Shown here: positions 54,178 through 62,451 of the stretch, one piece after another
Layout: each line of letters opens with the position of its first letter
Position numbering within the stretch: position 1 is the first letter of the stretch
Assembly: GCA_017993835.1 (NCBI GenBank)
Contig: JAGOLX010000015.1
Coordinates: 38,454-102,453 of the forward strand
Reading direction: 5' to 3'
Length of the DNA: 64,000 nt
From: Phycisphaerae bacterium
Lineage (GTDB): Bacteria > Planctomycetota > Phycisphaerae > Sedimentisphaerales > Anaerobacaceae
The notes under the pieces: generated by a model
Seen by the model: only the letters and a program-made list of their open reading frames with translations
Told to the model about the DNA's origin: nothing
The model's database searches: none
Program-made: the position numbers and the translations under genes

Positions 54178-54762
54178 TCAATCCACAAGGATCAGCCCGA
54201 AGTAATCCGGGCACTGTTGTCTCGTTCGCACTACTTCGATTTTGAAACCGGCCTTCCTGGCGGTCGAGTAGACGTCGATTCCGCAGGCCTCCATGGCCGG
54301 TCGGGCCCGGTGGGCGTGGAGGCACTGGCCCGGCTTGAGGATGCAGGACTTGCAGAAATAGCAGGGCCCAGCCCCGAGGGCAAAGGCCTTCCAGGCTCCG
54401 CGAAGGAAGACCTCCCGCTCCAGGTCTGCTACGGTTGGCTTGATCTGTGCCTCAGGCGAGAAATGGATCAGGATCGCGCGTCGGTAGCAGTCGAGGGCCT
54501 CTCGCATCTGGTCCGGCGTCGGGGTGAACGGCGGGCACGTCAGGCACTGCCCGTACCCGTCGCAGCCATATTGGCATTTGAGCCGGACCCAGGCTGCGGT
54601 GTACACCTCCGCCGGCGGGACGACCTTCGCGGCTCTCGCACCGCTCTTGCTCATCGCCAGTCGGCACAGCGCCGCATCCGAGAGTCCCGATTTCACCGAT
54701 GTCTGCCTTTTGCCACCCATGCCCGAGCCCAGCCTAAAGGGATCCATCCATACGACCTGCAT
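54178..54762 (-). CDS. DUF2284-like Cys-rich metal-binding protein
   Basis: VRLKCQYGCDGYGQCLTCPPFTP and GPCYFCKSC cysteine clusters. Stops 27 nt before the isomerase-like gene. The start is uncertain (ATG at 54762, 54747 or 54720). TATAAA lies 8 nt upstream of 54762, so a leaderless transcript is possible. Confidence 0.65.
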   Translation of the reverse strand: MQVVWMDPFRLGSGMGGKRQTSVKSGLSDAALCRLAMSKSGARAAKVVPPAEVYTAAWVRLKCQYGCDGYGQCLTCPPFTPTPDQMREALDCYRRAILIHFSPEAQIKPTVADLEREVFLRGAWKAFALGAGPCYFCKSCILKPGQCLHAHRARPAMEACGIDVYSTARKAGFKIEVVRTRQQCPDYFGLILVD

Positions 54763-54804
54763 CGCTCTATTTTATACCCTCTGTCCGCTGACAGAACAAG
54801 GAGA

Positions 54805-54833
54805 TTGACACTACGAAGGCTATCTCATAGAGT
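54805..54833 (+). promoter_or_regulatory. sigma70-like promoter candidate
   Basis: TTGACA (54805-54810), 17-nt spacer, TAGAGT (54828-54833), 43 nt upstream of the ATG at 54876. Confidence 0.45.
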
Positions 54834-54875
54834 CCCTCGCAGATTGAATGGCCATTGCAGTAGGAGAAGGCACCC

Positions 54876-55868
54876 ATGACAAGAGGACGTGGAGCTGCGA
54901 CAGGCTTGCTTCTGCTCACCATTGCCAGCGGCATTGCCTCGGCGGGACCGGTGGATCCACAGGGCCGACCGCTGATTCGCAAGCTCGGAACCATCGACTG
55001 CGATCTGGTGGAGACCACGCCCGTGGTGTTTCACGAGCGATTGTATCGCTGCGAGTGGGTGCGGACGAGCTACAAGGGCAACCTGCTGGGCGAGAACTAC
55101 TCTCGTCTGGTGGAGGTGAGCACGGGCAAGGCGACCGAACCATTCGCGAAAGGGCACGTATTCTCCAGCGCCTTCGTCGACGGCGACACCATCTACGTCA
55201 CCGCCACGAGCACCGAGAAGGGATGGACCGGCCAGCGCGTCGATGTCTTCGCATCGAAAGACCTTCAGCGATGGGAAACGTGGACCGCATTGGATCTGCC
55301 GGGCTTCGAGATCTGCAACACGTCGCTGTGCCAAACGCCCGATCAGTACGTGCTGATGTTCGAGATCGGCAAGCCGGTGGAAGAGGCCGGGGCGGCCTTT
55401 ACCGCCCGGTTCGCCACGTCCAAGGACCTGCGGACCTGGAAGGTGACCCCGCCGGAGTGCGTGTATGCCAAGGACCGTTACACGGCGCCCCATTGCCTTC
55501 GCTACCTGGACGGCTACTACCACGATTTTTACCTGGAGGCCCACGAGGGCTACGAGATGCGCGTCGTGCGATCCAGGGACCTGGTCCATTGGGAACCCAG
55601 CCCGCTGAATCCGGTGCTGAAGGCCTCCGCCCAAGACAAGCAGATCGCCAATCCCCAGTTGACGGACGAGCAGCGTCAACGCATCGCCAAGGCTCGGAAC
55701 ATCAACAACTCCGACATCGATTTCTGCCAGTACGAAGGCCGGCTGGTCATCAACTACTCTTGGGGCAATCAGCAGGGCGAGGAGTTTCTCGCAGCCGCTG
55801 TCTATGACGGGACGGTCGAGGACTTCCTCCAGGGGTGGTTCCCTCAGCAAGAGCACGTAGCCCGATAG
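54876..55868 (+). CDS. secreted hypothetical protein, possibly beta-propeller glycosidase-like fold
   Basis: GGAGAAGG RBS. Signal peptide GLLLLTIASGIASA. Repeated beta-strand-rich blocks with W/D motifs (VDVFASKDLQRWE, ATSKDLRTWK, RSRDLVHWE) suggest propeller blades. No catalytic motif recognised. Confidence 0.5.
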   Translation: MTRGRGAATGLLLLTIASGIASAGPVDPQGRPLIRKLGTIDCDLVETTPVVFHERLYRCEWVRTSYKGNLLGENYSRLVEVSTGKATEPFAKGHVFSSAFVDGDTIYVTATSTEKGWTGQRVDVFASKDLQRWETWTALDLPGFEICNTSLCQTPDQYVLMFEIGKPVEEAGAAFTARFATSKDLRTWKVTPPECVYAKDRYTAPHCLRYLDGYYHDFYLEAHEGYEMRVVRSRDLVHWEPSPLNPVLKASAQDKQIANPQLTDEQRQRIAKARNINNSDIDFCQYEGRLVINYSWGNQQGEEFLAAAVYDGTVEDFLQGWFPQQEHVAR

Positions 55869-55936
55869 CCATCAGATCCTGCGGGTGTTGGCCCGCGATG
55901 TATTCGCATCCCCCCGGGCAATCTTGTCCCCCGATT

Positions 55937-56011
55937 GTCATTCCCGCGGAAGCGGGAATCCACGTCTTTGAATGTGCGGTGCTCTGGGGTCTGGATTCCC
56001 GCGCGCGACAC
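55937..56011. repeat. REP/MITE-like palindromic element, copy E (right arm degenerate)
   Basis: gtcattcccgcggaagcgggaatcc ... ggattcccgcgcgcgacac. It generates the spurious MSFPRKRES N-terminus of ORF 55935. Confidence 0.7.
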
Positions 56012-56039
56012 AGATTTGCAGAAATCGCCAAAATTCTCG

Positions 56040-56068
56040 TTGACAGATTGGTCAAACACACATACTAT
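56040..56068 (+). promoter_or_regulatory. sigma70-like promoter of lexA with overlapping palindrome
   Basis: TTGACA (56040-56045), 17-nt spacer, TACTAT (56063-56068). The -35 is part of the palindrome TTGAC-agattg-GTCAA (56040-56055). Confidence 0.55.
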
Positions 56069-56096
56069 GGGTGAGGTTGAATTGAAGGAGTCGATC

Positions 56097-56717
56097 ATGC
56101 AGCCATTGACAGCGAAACAGCGGCAGACACTGGAATTCATCGAGGCCCGGTTGGACCAGAATGCCCCGCCAAGCCAGCGGGAGATCGCGGATCACTTCGG
56201 GCTGGCTCAGAATGCGGCGTATCAGTTGGTCAGTTACCTTCGGAAGAAGGGATACCTGGTGGATTCGGTCGGGCATCGGGGAATTCGCCTGTCGGAGGAG
56301 TATGCCCGAAAGCGCAGCCAGACCGAGGGGATTCCCATCCTTGGGCGGGTAGCCGCGGGAACTCCCATTCTGGCCCAGGAGAATATCCAGGGGTATATGA
56401 CCGTCGAGAAGCTATTCGGGCGGGACAACGGGATGTTCCTGCTCAAGGTCGCCGGCGACAGTATGGTCGATGAAGGGATCCTGGACGGCGATTACGTCGT
56501 CGTCCGAGGTGACTCGACCATCGACGATGGGCAGATCGGGATCGTGCTCCTGGATGATGAAGCCACAGTCAAGCGGGTGTTCATCCAGAAAGACCGGATC
56601 GCCCTGAAGCCCGCCAATCGCAGGGCCGGCTACAAGACCCGCTATATCAAGCAGTTCGACAAGAATGTTCGCATCCTGGGCCGGGTCGTCGGCTGCATTC
56701 GGACGGGCATTCAGTAA
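56097..56717 (+). CDS. lexA: LexA repressor (S24 self-cleaving)
   Basis: ATG at 56097 after AAGGAG. wHTH LTAKQRQTLEFIEARLDQNAPPSQREIADHFGL. Cleavage-site region GRVAAGTPILA. Catalytic GDSMVDEGILDGDYVVV and ATVKRV. Confidence 0.9.
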   Translation: MQPLTAKQRQTLEFIEARLDQNAPPSQREIADHFGLAQNAAYQLVSYLRKKGYLVDSVGHRGIRLSEEYARKRSQTEGIPILGRVAAGTPILAQENIQGYMTVEKLFGRDNGMFLLKVAGDSMVDEGILDGDYVVVRGDSTIDDGQIGIVLLDDEATVKRVFIQKDRIALKPANRRAGYKTRYIKQFDKNVRILGRVVGCIRTGIQ

Positions 56718-56774
56718 GAACTACGAGTACTTGAATTTCGAGATTGGGAGCTTGCGACACAGGGGGAATCGACG

Positions 56775-57626
56775 ATGGCTTGTCCTGTGCATATCGGTAT
56801 TGCCGGCTGGTCGTATCCCGACTGGGACGGGATCGTCTATACGGACCCGAAGGCGGATCACCTCGAATATGTCAGCGGATTCGTCGATTGCATCGAGGTC
56901 AACAACACGTTCTACCGGCCGCCCGTCGAGGGGATGGCGCGGTCGTGGCTCGAACGCACCGCGGGGCAGCCGGGCTTCTTCTTCACCGCCAAGCTGCACC
57001 AGAGCTTCACGCACGAGGGCAAGATCGACGCGCTCGTGGTAAAGCAATTCCACGAGGGGTTTGGCCCGATGCTGGAAGCCGGCAAACTCAAGCACTTGCT
57101 GGCCCAGTTCCGCTACGACTTCACGGATAATCCCGCGAATCGCGAGCACGTCAGCAGGATCGTCGGGCACTTCAGGGACGCTTTCAGCGTCGTTCTGGAA
57201 CTGCGGCACAAATCGTGGGAGAAGCCGGCCTCGCTGGAGTTTCTCCAGGGGCTCGGGGTGACGGTGACCAATCTCGACTATCCCACGTCGTCACAGTCTT
57301 TCAATCTGCAACACTGCACGGTCGGCAGGGCGGGCTACTTCCGCATGCACGGGCGCAACGCCGAGAAGTGGTTCAGCAAGGCCGGACGGGACGAGGTCTA
57401 TAACTACCTCTACAACGAAAAGGAGCTGGCCGCCATCAAGGAGCGTCTCGACGTCCTGGGCAAGGCCTTCGAATCGCTGACCGTGATCGCGAATAATCAT
57501 TACCGGGGGGCCGAACTGGCCAACGCCATCGAGCTCAAGGCGCTGGTCAGCGGCCAAAAGCAACGAGTCCCTGAGGGGCTTTTGAAAACCTATCCACGTC
57601 TGGCAAGAGTCGCCATACAGAACTGA
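56775..57626 (+). CDS. DUF72 (YecE-like) protein
   Basis: IGIAGWSYPDWDGIVY...IEVNNTFYRPP...FFFTAKLHQSFTH are DUF72 hallmarks. Confidence 0.85.
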   Translation: MACPVHIGIAGWSYPDWDGIVYTDPKADHLEYVSGFVDCIEVNNTFYRPPVEGMARSWLERTAGQPGFFFTAKLHQSFTHEGKIDALVVKQFHEGFGPMLEAGKLKHLLAQFRYDFTDNPANREHVSRIVGHFRDAFSVVLELRHKSWEKPASLEFLQGLGVTVTNLDYPTSSQSFNLQHCTVGRAGYFRMHGRNAEKWFSKAGRDEVYNYLYNEKELAAIKERLDVLGKAFESLTVIANNHYRGAELANAIELKALVSGQKQRVPEGLLKTYPRLARVAIQN

Positions 57627-57726
57627 CGAATCTCGATAGGCCGTTCCGTGAACCGACGGGAGCAAGGCATCTGTGTGCCTCGGAGAATGTACGCGCATCC
57701 GGGGCCGTGAGGCGTTCTCTTGGGGA

Positions 57727-57810
57727 GTTTGAAGTGTGAAGTTCGAAGTTTCAAGTGTGGACAGGGCATTCTCGACTCTTGCAACTTCATACTTGAAACT
57801 TCCAACTTTC
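57727..57810. repeat. AT-rich imperfect hairpin element (family H, copy 2)
   Basis: gaagtttcaagt (57745-57756) pairs with acttgaaacttc (57791-57802), with extended imperfect pairing on both sides. The 5' head gtttgaagtgtga is identical to the element at 14775. Confidence 0.55.
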
Positions 57811-57884
57811 TTCCATGCCCTTGCGGGCGCACTACAAGCGGACAGAGGTCCAGAAACCGTGGGGTGTGACGTATCCCACGAAGT

Positions 57885-57910
57885 GGATTCCTGCTTGGCG
57901 CAGGAATGAC
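57885..57910. repeat. REP-like single hairpin unit, copy F1
   Basis: ggattcctgcttggcgcaggaatgac is the exact reverse complement of the left unit of copy A (13257-13282). Confidence 0.75.
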
Positions 57911-57966
57911 AGAGTCGTTCCGAGGTATCGGATTCAATTCATATAGAACAGTGCTACCCCGCGATT

Positions 57967-57991
57967 GTCATTCCCGCGAAAGCGGGAATCC
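57967..57991. repeat. REP-like single hairpin unit, copy F2
   Basis: gtcattcccgcgaaagcgggaatcc followed by aggagccgtggg, as in copy D. It generates the spurious MSFPRKRES N-terminus of ORF 57965. Confidence 0.75.
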
Positions 57992-58054
57992 AGGAGCCGT
58001 GGGGGAGTGACATGCCCTGCGAGGAGTCTTACCGTTCGTTCGAATGGAGAAGGT

Positions 58055-61000
58055 ATGCGGATAGCCGCGTTGACATGCCGGAGTTTTTACAGCCTCCTGA
58101 GGGGGCCTGTTTCCGTGCTGCGCTGGGTGCAGAAGGTCGCGGAATTTGGCTACGGAGCGGTGGCCCTGGCGGATGTCAATTCTATGTCCGGACTGGTGGA
58201 TCTGTGCAAGGCCGCCAGGGGGGTGGATGTCCAGCCAATCCTCGGCGTCGAGATCCTGACCGAGAGCCAGCAGGCGATCCTGCTGGCGGAGGATTCGTTG
58301 GGCTACAGCAACCTCTGTCAAATCACGACCGCCAGGAACCTGAACCCGGATTTCGACCTCGTCGAGCAGTTGGGGATCGACAGCAGGGGGGTCATCTGCA
58401 TCGGCTCGCAGACGAAGCTGCTGGACGAGTTGAAGACGGTCATCCCTCCAGGGCATCTGTTTGCAGGTTGCCGAGACTCCCGGGCGGTCGAATGGGCGAC
58501 ATCGCACCGGTTCGAGCCGATCGCCTGGACGGGCGTCAACTGGCTCGATGAAGGCGACAAGGAGCTTGCCAGGCTCCTGGCGAGAATTCGACAGTTGAGC
58601 GTAGCCGGACCGGGACCCCACGAGGATGGTGGCCTGGAGACTCTTGCCCCCGCCAAACTGGTCGAGGAAGAACTCCGACACTGTCCGCGGGCATTGGCAA
58701 ACGCAGATCGACTCGTAGAGCGATGCCGCTTCCGTCTGCTGAATGGCAAGCCGATCCTGCCTAAGGTCGAGCTGGGCAAGGAGACCACCAGCGACAGGGA
58801 GCTGGGCAAGCTCTGCCATGTGGGCATGGCCCGGAAGTACAATCCCGTCCGTCATGAAGTCGTCAAGCGTCTGGAATATGAGCTGGCGACCGTGAAGCAG
58901 AACGGTTTCACCGACTATTTTCTCGTGGTCCACGAGATCGTGAACTTCGCCAAGCAAAACCGGATTCCGGTCGAGGTGCGAGGGTCCGCCGCGGGCTCGC
59001 TGATCGCTTATGTGCTGGGCTTTACGCGGGTGTGCCCCGTCGAAAACCGCCTGTACTTCGAGCGGTTCATGAATCCCGGGCGGACCGATTGTCCCGATAT
59101 CGACATCGACCTGTGCTGGCGGAGGCGGGACGAAGTCATCCGTTTCTGCTACGAGCGATGGGGTTTCGAGCGGGTCGCCATGGTCTGCAACATCAATCGT
59201 TACCGCCTCCGCAGTGCGATTCGCGACGTCGGACGGGCGATGGGTCTGGAACCCTCGCAGATCAACCAGTTGGCCCGCGAGGGCAAGATCAAAAGGACCT
59301 CCCCGGTCTACAGGCTGGCGGAAAGGCTCGTGGGCATCCCGCGGCATCTGGGCGTCCATTGCGGCGGGATCGTCGTCACGCCGGGACCTGTCTGCCGGAT
59401 CGCACCCTTGGAACGAGCCAACAAAGGCGTCATCATCACGCAATATGACAAGGACGCCGCGGAGGCGGTGGGCCTGATCAAGATCGACCTGTTGGGCAAC
59501 CGTGCGCTCTCGACGGTCAACGAGGCGATTCAGGTCATTCGTTCGAGAGAAAACGTCACCGACGATGTAGTTCGCCGCGCAGGTCTGGACGTCCCCTCTG
59601 GGGGCTCCGCCCCCAGTCCCCTGGCATTTTCCGCTTTGAACCAGCAGCATGAAGGGTGCCGACCGTCCCAATCCGGCGGGTGGGGGGCACGGCCAACCTT
59701 GGTTGACCGTGCTCCAGGGATTAGGGCGATAGCCGTGGAGGACACGGTCCGAGCGAGTGTGGCCGTGGCACCCCAAAGCGAATGTCGCAACATTGCCCCT
59801 CTATCATGCTATTGGCCCAAAGCGGAAAATTTCGGGGGCTCGGGGGCGGAGCCCCCGAAATCGTTGATCTTCGATCCGAACGACAGCAAGACCGCGGACA
59901 TGCTCAGTGCAGGCGACAGTCTGGGCGTGTTCCAGAGCGAATCGCCCGGCATGAGGCAGCTCCTTCGCGGCCTGAAGGTCCGCAGCAAGAGGGACTTGGC
60001 GATTGCCCTGTCGCTCATTCGACCGGGACCCGCTTCGGGCGGCATGAAGGCCGAGTTCATCGAGCGTCATGTCCACAACAAGCCCTTCGAGTACCTGCAC
60101 CCGAAGATCGCGGGCCTGCTTGGCGACACTCACGGCGTGATGCTCTTCCAGGAGGATGTCATGCGGATCGCGGTCGAAGTAGCCGGCTACACCGTTGCGG
60201 AAGCGGACCGCTTTCGCTCCGAGGTCTCCAAGAAGGTCTCCGCCTCGCGGCTGCAGGCGCAGTACGTCGATTTCGTCCGCGTGCGGGCCCAACAGGCCGG
60301 GATTGACCGTAAGACCGCGGATGCGATCTGGGACGAGGTCCTGCGCTTCGCCGCCTATTCCTACTGCAAGGCCCACGCGACCGTCTACGCCAATATCGCC
60401 TGGGAGACCGCCTGGCTGAAGGCCCACTATCCCCAGGAATTCTACTGCTCCCTGTTCAACAATCACCAAGGGATGTACCCGCTGCGGGTGTACGTCTGGG
60501 ACGCGAAGCGGCACGGCATCCAGGTCCTGCCGCCGCACGTGAACCACAGCGAGATCGAATGGAGTCTCCAGGATAACGCCATCCGGGCGGGACTGAACCT
60601 GGTGAAAGGATTGACCGGCGCGACCTCGGGAGCGATTGTCGAGGGGCGTCGTCACGGTCCGTTCCACGACCTGGCCGATTTGCGAAGGCGCATAAGGTTC
60701 CGCAGGCCGGAATTGCAGAATCTTATTCACGTGGGAGCCTGTGACGGTCTGGGGCCCACGCGACCGGCGATGCTGGGCGAACTGCGTTTTGCCCTGCCGT
60801 CGCAGGAGCCTACACTGTTTGATATCCACGCATCGTCAGCTCGAAACCTGCCCGACTACGATGGGATCGCCAAACTGGAGGCGGAACTCGACGTCACGGG
60901 CGTGTCGTTCGCCATGCATCCGTCGGTTCTGCTGCCCAAACGTTATGTGACCGCCTCCCGGCTGCATGGCTTTCTCGGCAGAACCGTCACCGTCGCTGGA

Positions 61001-61225
61001 TTCGTGGCGACAGCCCGTCGGGCCCGCACCAGCGATAACCGCGTGATGGGCTTTGTGACGCTGGAGGACACCACGGGGATGGCGGAAATCAGCTTCTTCC
61101 CCGACAAGCTCCCGCTCTATCGAACAATCTGTTCCTACGGCGGCCCGGTCTGGGTGGCAGGCAGGATCACGGAGCATCTGTCGTCCCTCTCGGTCGATTG
61201 CTCCGCCTGCGGCAGACTCGCCTAA
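58055..61225 (+). CDS. dnaE2: DNA polymerase III alpha-subunit family protein, DnaE2 (error-prone) type, carrying an internal insertion
   Basis: ATG at 58055 after GGAGAAGG. The N-terminal LTCRSFYSLLRGPVS resembles the DnaE2 HC.SNFSFLRGAS motif rather than the DnaE1 PHP HLHxHS motif. Core motifs DLLGNRALS, GVFQSESPGM, LIRPGP, YSYCKAHA are present. The protein ends right after the OB fold (VAGFVATARRARTS...GFVTLEDTTG) with no tau-binding tail. Confidence 0.8.
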   Translation: MRIAALTCRSFYSLLRGPVSVLRWVQKVAEFGYGAVALADVNSMSGLVDLCKAARGVDVQPILGVEILTESQQAILLAEDSLGYSNLCQITTARNLNPDFDLVEQLGIDSRGVICIGSQTKLLDELKTVIPPGHLFAGCRDSRAVEWATSHRFEPIAWTGVNWLDEGDKELARLLARIRQLSVAGPGPHEDGGLETLAPAKLVEEELRHCPRALANADRLVERCRFRLLNGKPILPKVELGKETTSDRELGKLCHVGMARKYNPVRHEVVKRLEYELATVKQNGFTDYFLVVHEIVNFAKQNRIPVEVRGSAAGSLIAYVLGFTRVCPVENRLYFERFMNPGRTDCPDIDIDLCWRRRDEVIRFCYERWGFERVAMVCNINRYRLRSAIRDVGRAMGLEPSQINQLAREGKIKRTSPVYRLAERLVGIPRHLGVHCGGIVVTPGPVCRIAPLERANKGVIITQYDKDAAEAVGLIKIDLLGNRALSTVNEAIQVIRSRENVTDDVVRRAGLDVPSGGSAPSPLAFSALNQQHEGCRPSQSGGWGARPTLVDRAPGIRAIAVEDTVRASVAVAPQSECRNIAPLSCYWPKAENFGGSGAEPPKSLIFDPNDSKTADMLSAGDSLGVFQSESPGMRQLLRGLKVRSKRDLAIALSLIRPGPASGGMKAEFIERHVHNKPFEYLHPKIAGLLGDTHGVMLFQEDVMRIAVEVAGYTVAEADRFRSEVSKKVSASRLQAQYVDFVRVRAQQAGIDRKTADAIWDEVLRFAAYSYCKAHATVYANIAWETAWLKAHYPQEFYCSLFNNHQGMYPLRVYVWDAKRHGIQVLPPHVNHSEIEWSLQDNAIRAGLNLVKGLTGATSGAIVEGRRHGPFHDLADLRRRIRFRRPELQNLIHVGACDGLGPTRPAMLGELRFALPSQEPTLFDIHASSARNLPDYDGIAKLEAELDVTGVSFAMHPSVLLPKRYVTASRLHGFLGRTVTVAGFVATARRARTSDNRVMGFVTLEDTTGMAEISFFPDKLPLYRTICSYGGPVWVAGRITEHLSSLSVDCSACGRLA
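59593..59860. mobile_element. MITE/RPE-like inverted-repeat-bounded element inserted in-frame in dnaE2
   Basis: Left arm 59593-59638 cccctctgggggctccgcccccagtcccctggcattttccgctttg. Right arm 59818-59860 caaagcggaaaatttcgggggctcgggggcggagcccccgaaa. The reverse complement of the left arm matches the right arm at about 34 of 43 positions. The span coincides with ~90 extra residues between two conserved polymerase motifs. Confidence 0.55.
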
Positions 61226-61246
61226 TGACCTTCACGATCCTGGCGG

Positions 61247-61275
61247 TTGCCAGGGTCAGGATTGATTCTTACAAT
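61247..61275 (+). promoter_or_regulatory. sigma70-like promoter candidate for the aldo/keto reductase gene
   Basis: TTGCCA (61247-61252), 17-nt spacer, TACAAT (61270-61275). Supports the internal ATG at 61355 as the start. Confidence 0.5.
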
Positions 61276-61354
61276 GGCGCAGGCATCCGGGACGGCTTTC
61301 GAGCCGCTGCGGATCGCCTGTCACGGTTTGTATTGGAATATGAAGGGGGCAGTC

Positions 61355-62404
61355 ATGCAGAGAAGAGAATTCCTCAAGGTGGCAAGTTGTGCAGCGGTAC
61401 CTCACGCGCTGCTCGCGGGCCGGGTGCAGCCGACAGTAGGGGGTGAGAGAGCGGCCGAGTTGCCGCGACGAGTCCTCGGGAAAACCGGCGAGAAGCTCTC
61501 GGTCATCGGCTTTCCGGGTCTGGCGTTGTCCCAGCAGGGCCAGGAGGAAAGCACCGCCGGGATTCGCAAGGCCTTCGACCAGGGAATCAACTACTTCGAC
61601 GTGGCGCCTGCCTACGGGCGGGACGGGGAATGCGAGATCAAGATGGGCGTCGGCCTGGAGGGCATCGACCGCAGCAAGATCTTCCTCGCCTGCAAGACGA
61701 AGAAACGCGACAAGCAGGGGGCCCACGAGGAGCTGGAGCGATCTCTGACGCGGTTGAAGACCGATCACTTCGATCTGTACCAGATGCACGCGGTCTTCAC
61801 GCCGCAGGAGGCCCAGCAAGCCCTCGGGCCGGGCGGCGCTCTCGAAACCTTCCTCAAGGCCAAGGAGGAGGGGAAGATTCGTTACCTGGGCCTGTCGGCG
61901 CACACGACCAAGGGCGCGGTCGAGCTGCTGAAGGGCTATCCGTTCGACTCGATCATGTTCCCGATAGATTTTGTTGACTTTCTGCAATGGGGATTCGGCA
62001 AGGCGGTGATCGAGTATGCCCGGGAGCGGGGCGTAGCCGTGTTCGCCATGAAGACGCTGTGCGCGGGGGCATGGCCCCAGGGGGCGACGCGCACTCGCAA
62101 GTGGTGGTATCGGACCGTCGAGAGTCAGGACGAAGTCGATCTGGCGGTTCGCTTCTCGCTCTCGCAGCCGGGCGTGGTTGCCGCGATTCCGCCGTCCTTC
62201 CTGGACCTCGTGGACAAGGCTGTCGTCGCAGGGCGCTCGTATCGCCCGATCACCGATTCGGAGGTCGCGAAGCTTCGCGAGTTGGGGACAGGCCGCGGGT
62301 CTGTCTTCAAGGCGGATGAGGAACGGGTCGCCATGGGACTGCCCTTGGACAGGCCGGCCTGTCTCCACAATCCGCACGAGTACTGTCCTTGCGCGCATGC
62401 GTAG
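61355..62404 (+). CDS. Tat-signal aldo/keto reductase
   Basis: MQRREFLKVASCAAVPHALLA twin-arginine leader. AKR blocks GINYFDVAPAYG, FLACKT, LKTDHFDLYQMHAV, IRYLGLSAH. Confidence 0.85.
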   Translation: MQRREFLKVASCAAVPHALLAGRVQPTVGGERAAELPRRVLGKTGEKLSVIGFPGLALSQQGQEESTAGIRKAFDQGINYFDVAPAYGRDGECEIKMGVGLEGIDRSKIFLACKTKKRDKQGAHEELERSLTRLKTDHFDLYQMHAVFTPQEAQQALGPGGALETFLKAKEEGKIRYLGLSAHTTKGAVELLKGYPFDSIMFPIDFVDFLQWGFGKAVIEYARERGVAVFAMKTLCAGAWPQGATRTRKWWYRTVESQDEVDLAVRFSLSQPGVVAAIPPSFLDLVDKAVVAGRSYRPITDSEVAKLRELGTGRGSVFKADEERVAMGLPLDRPACLHNPHEYCPCAHA

Positions 62405-62451
62405 GGTCTGAAACGAATTGCCAGGCGGTGAATGCTGGAGGACGAAACACT

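Noticed and set aside
55935-56096. N-terminal extensions beginning MSFPRKRES on the lexA ORF (55935) and the dnaE2 ORF (57965)
   Set aside because: Both extensions are translations of the palindromic repeat unit gtcattcccgcg..cgggaatcc. RBS-backed internal ATGs (56097, 58055) give normal LexA and DnaE2 N-termini, and the lexA promoter lies inside the extension.
59593-59860. Intein as the explanation for the extra segment in dnaE2
   Set aside because: The insert is about 90 aa, too short for a standard intein. It lacks an N-terminal Cys/Ser, the terminal His-Asn and a downstream Cys/Ser/Thr nucleophile. The DNA has terminal inverted repeats, which inteins do not have.
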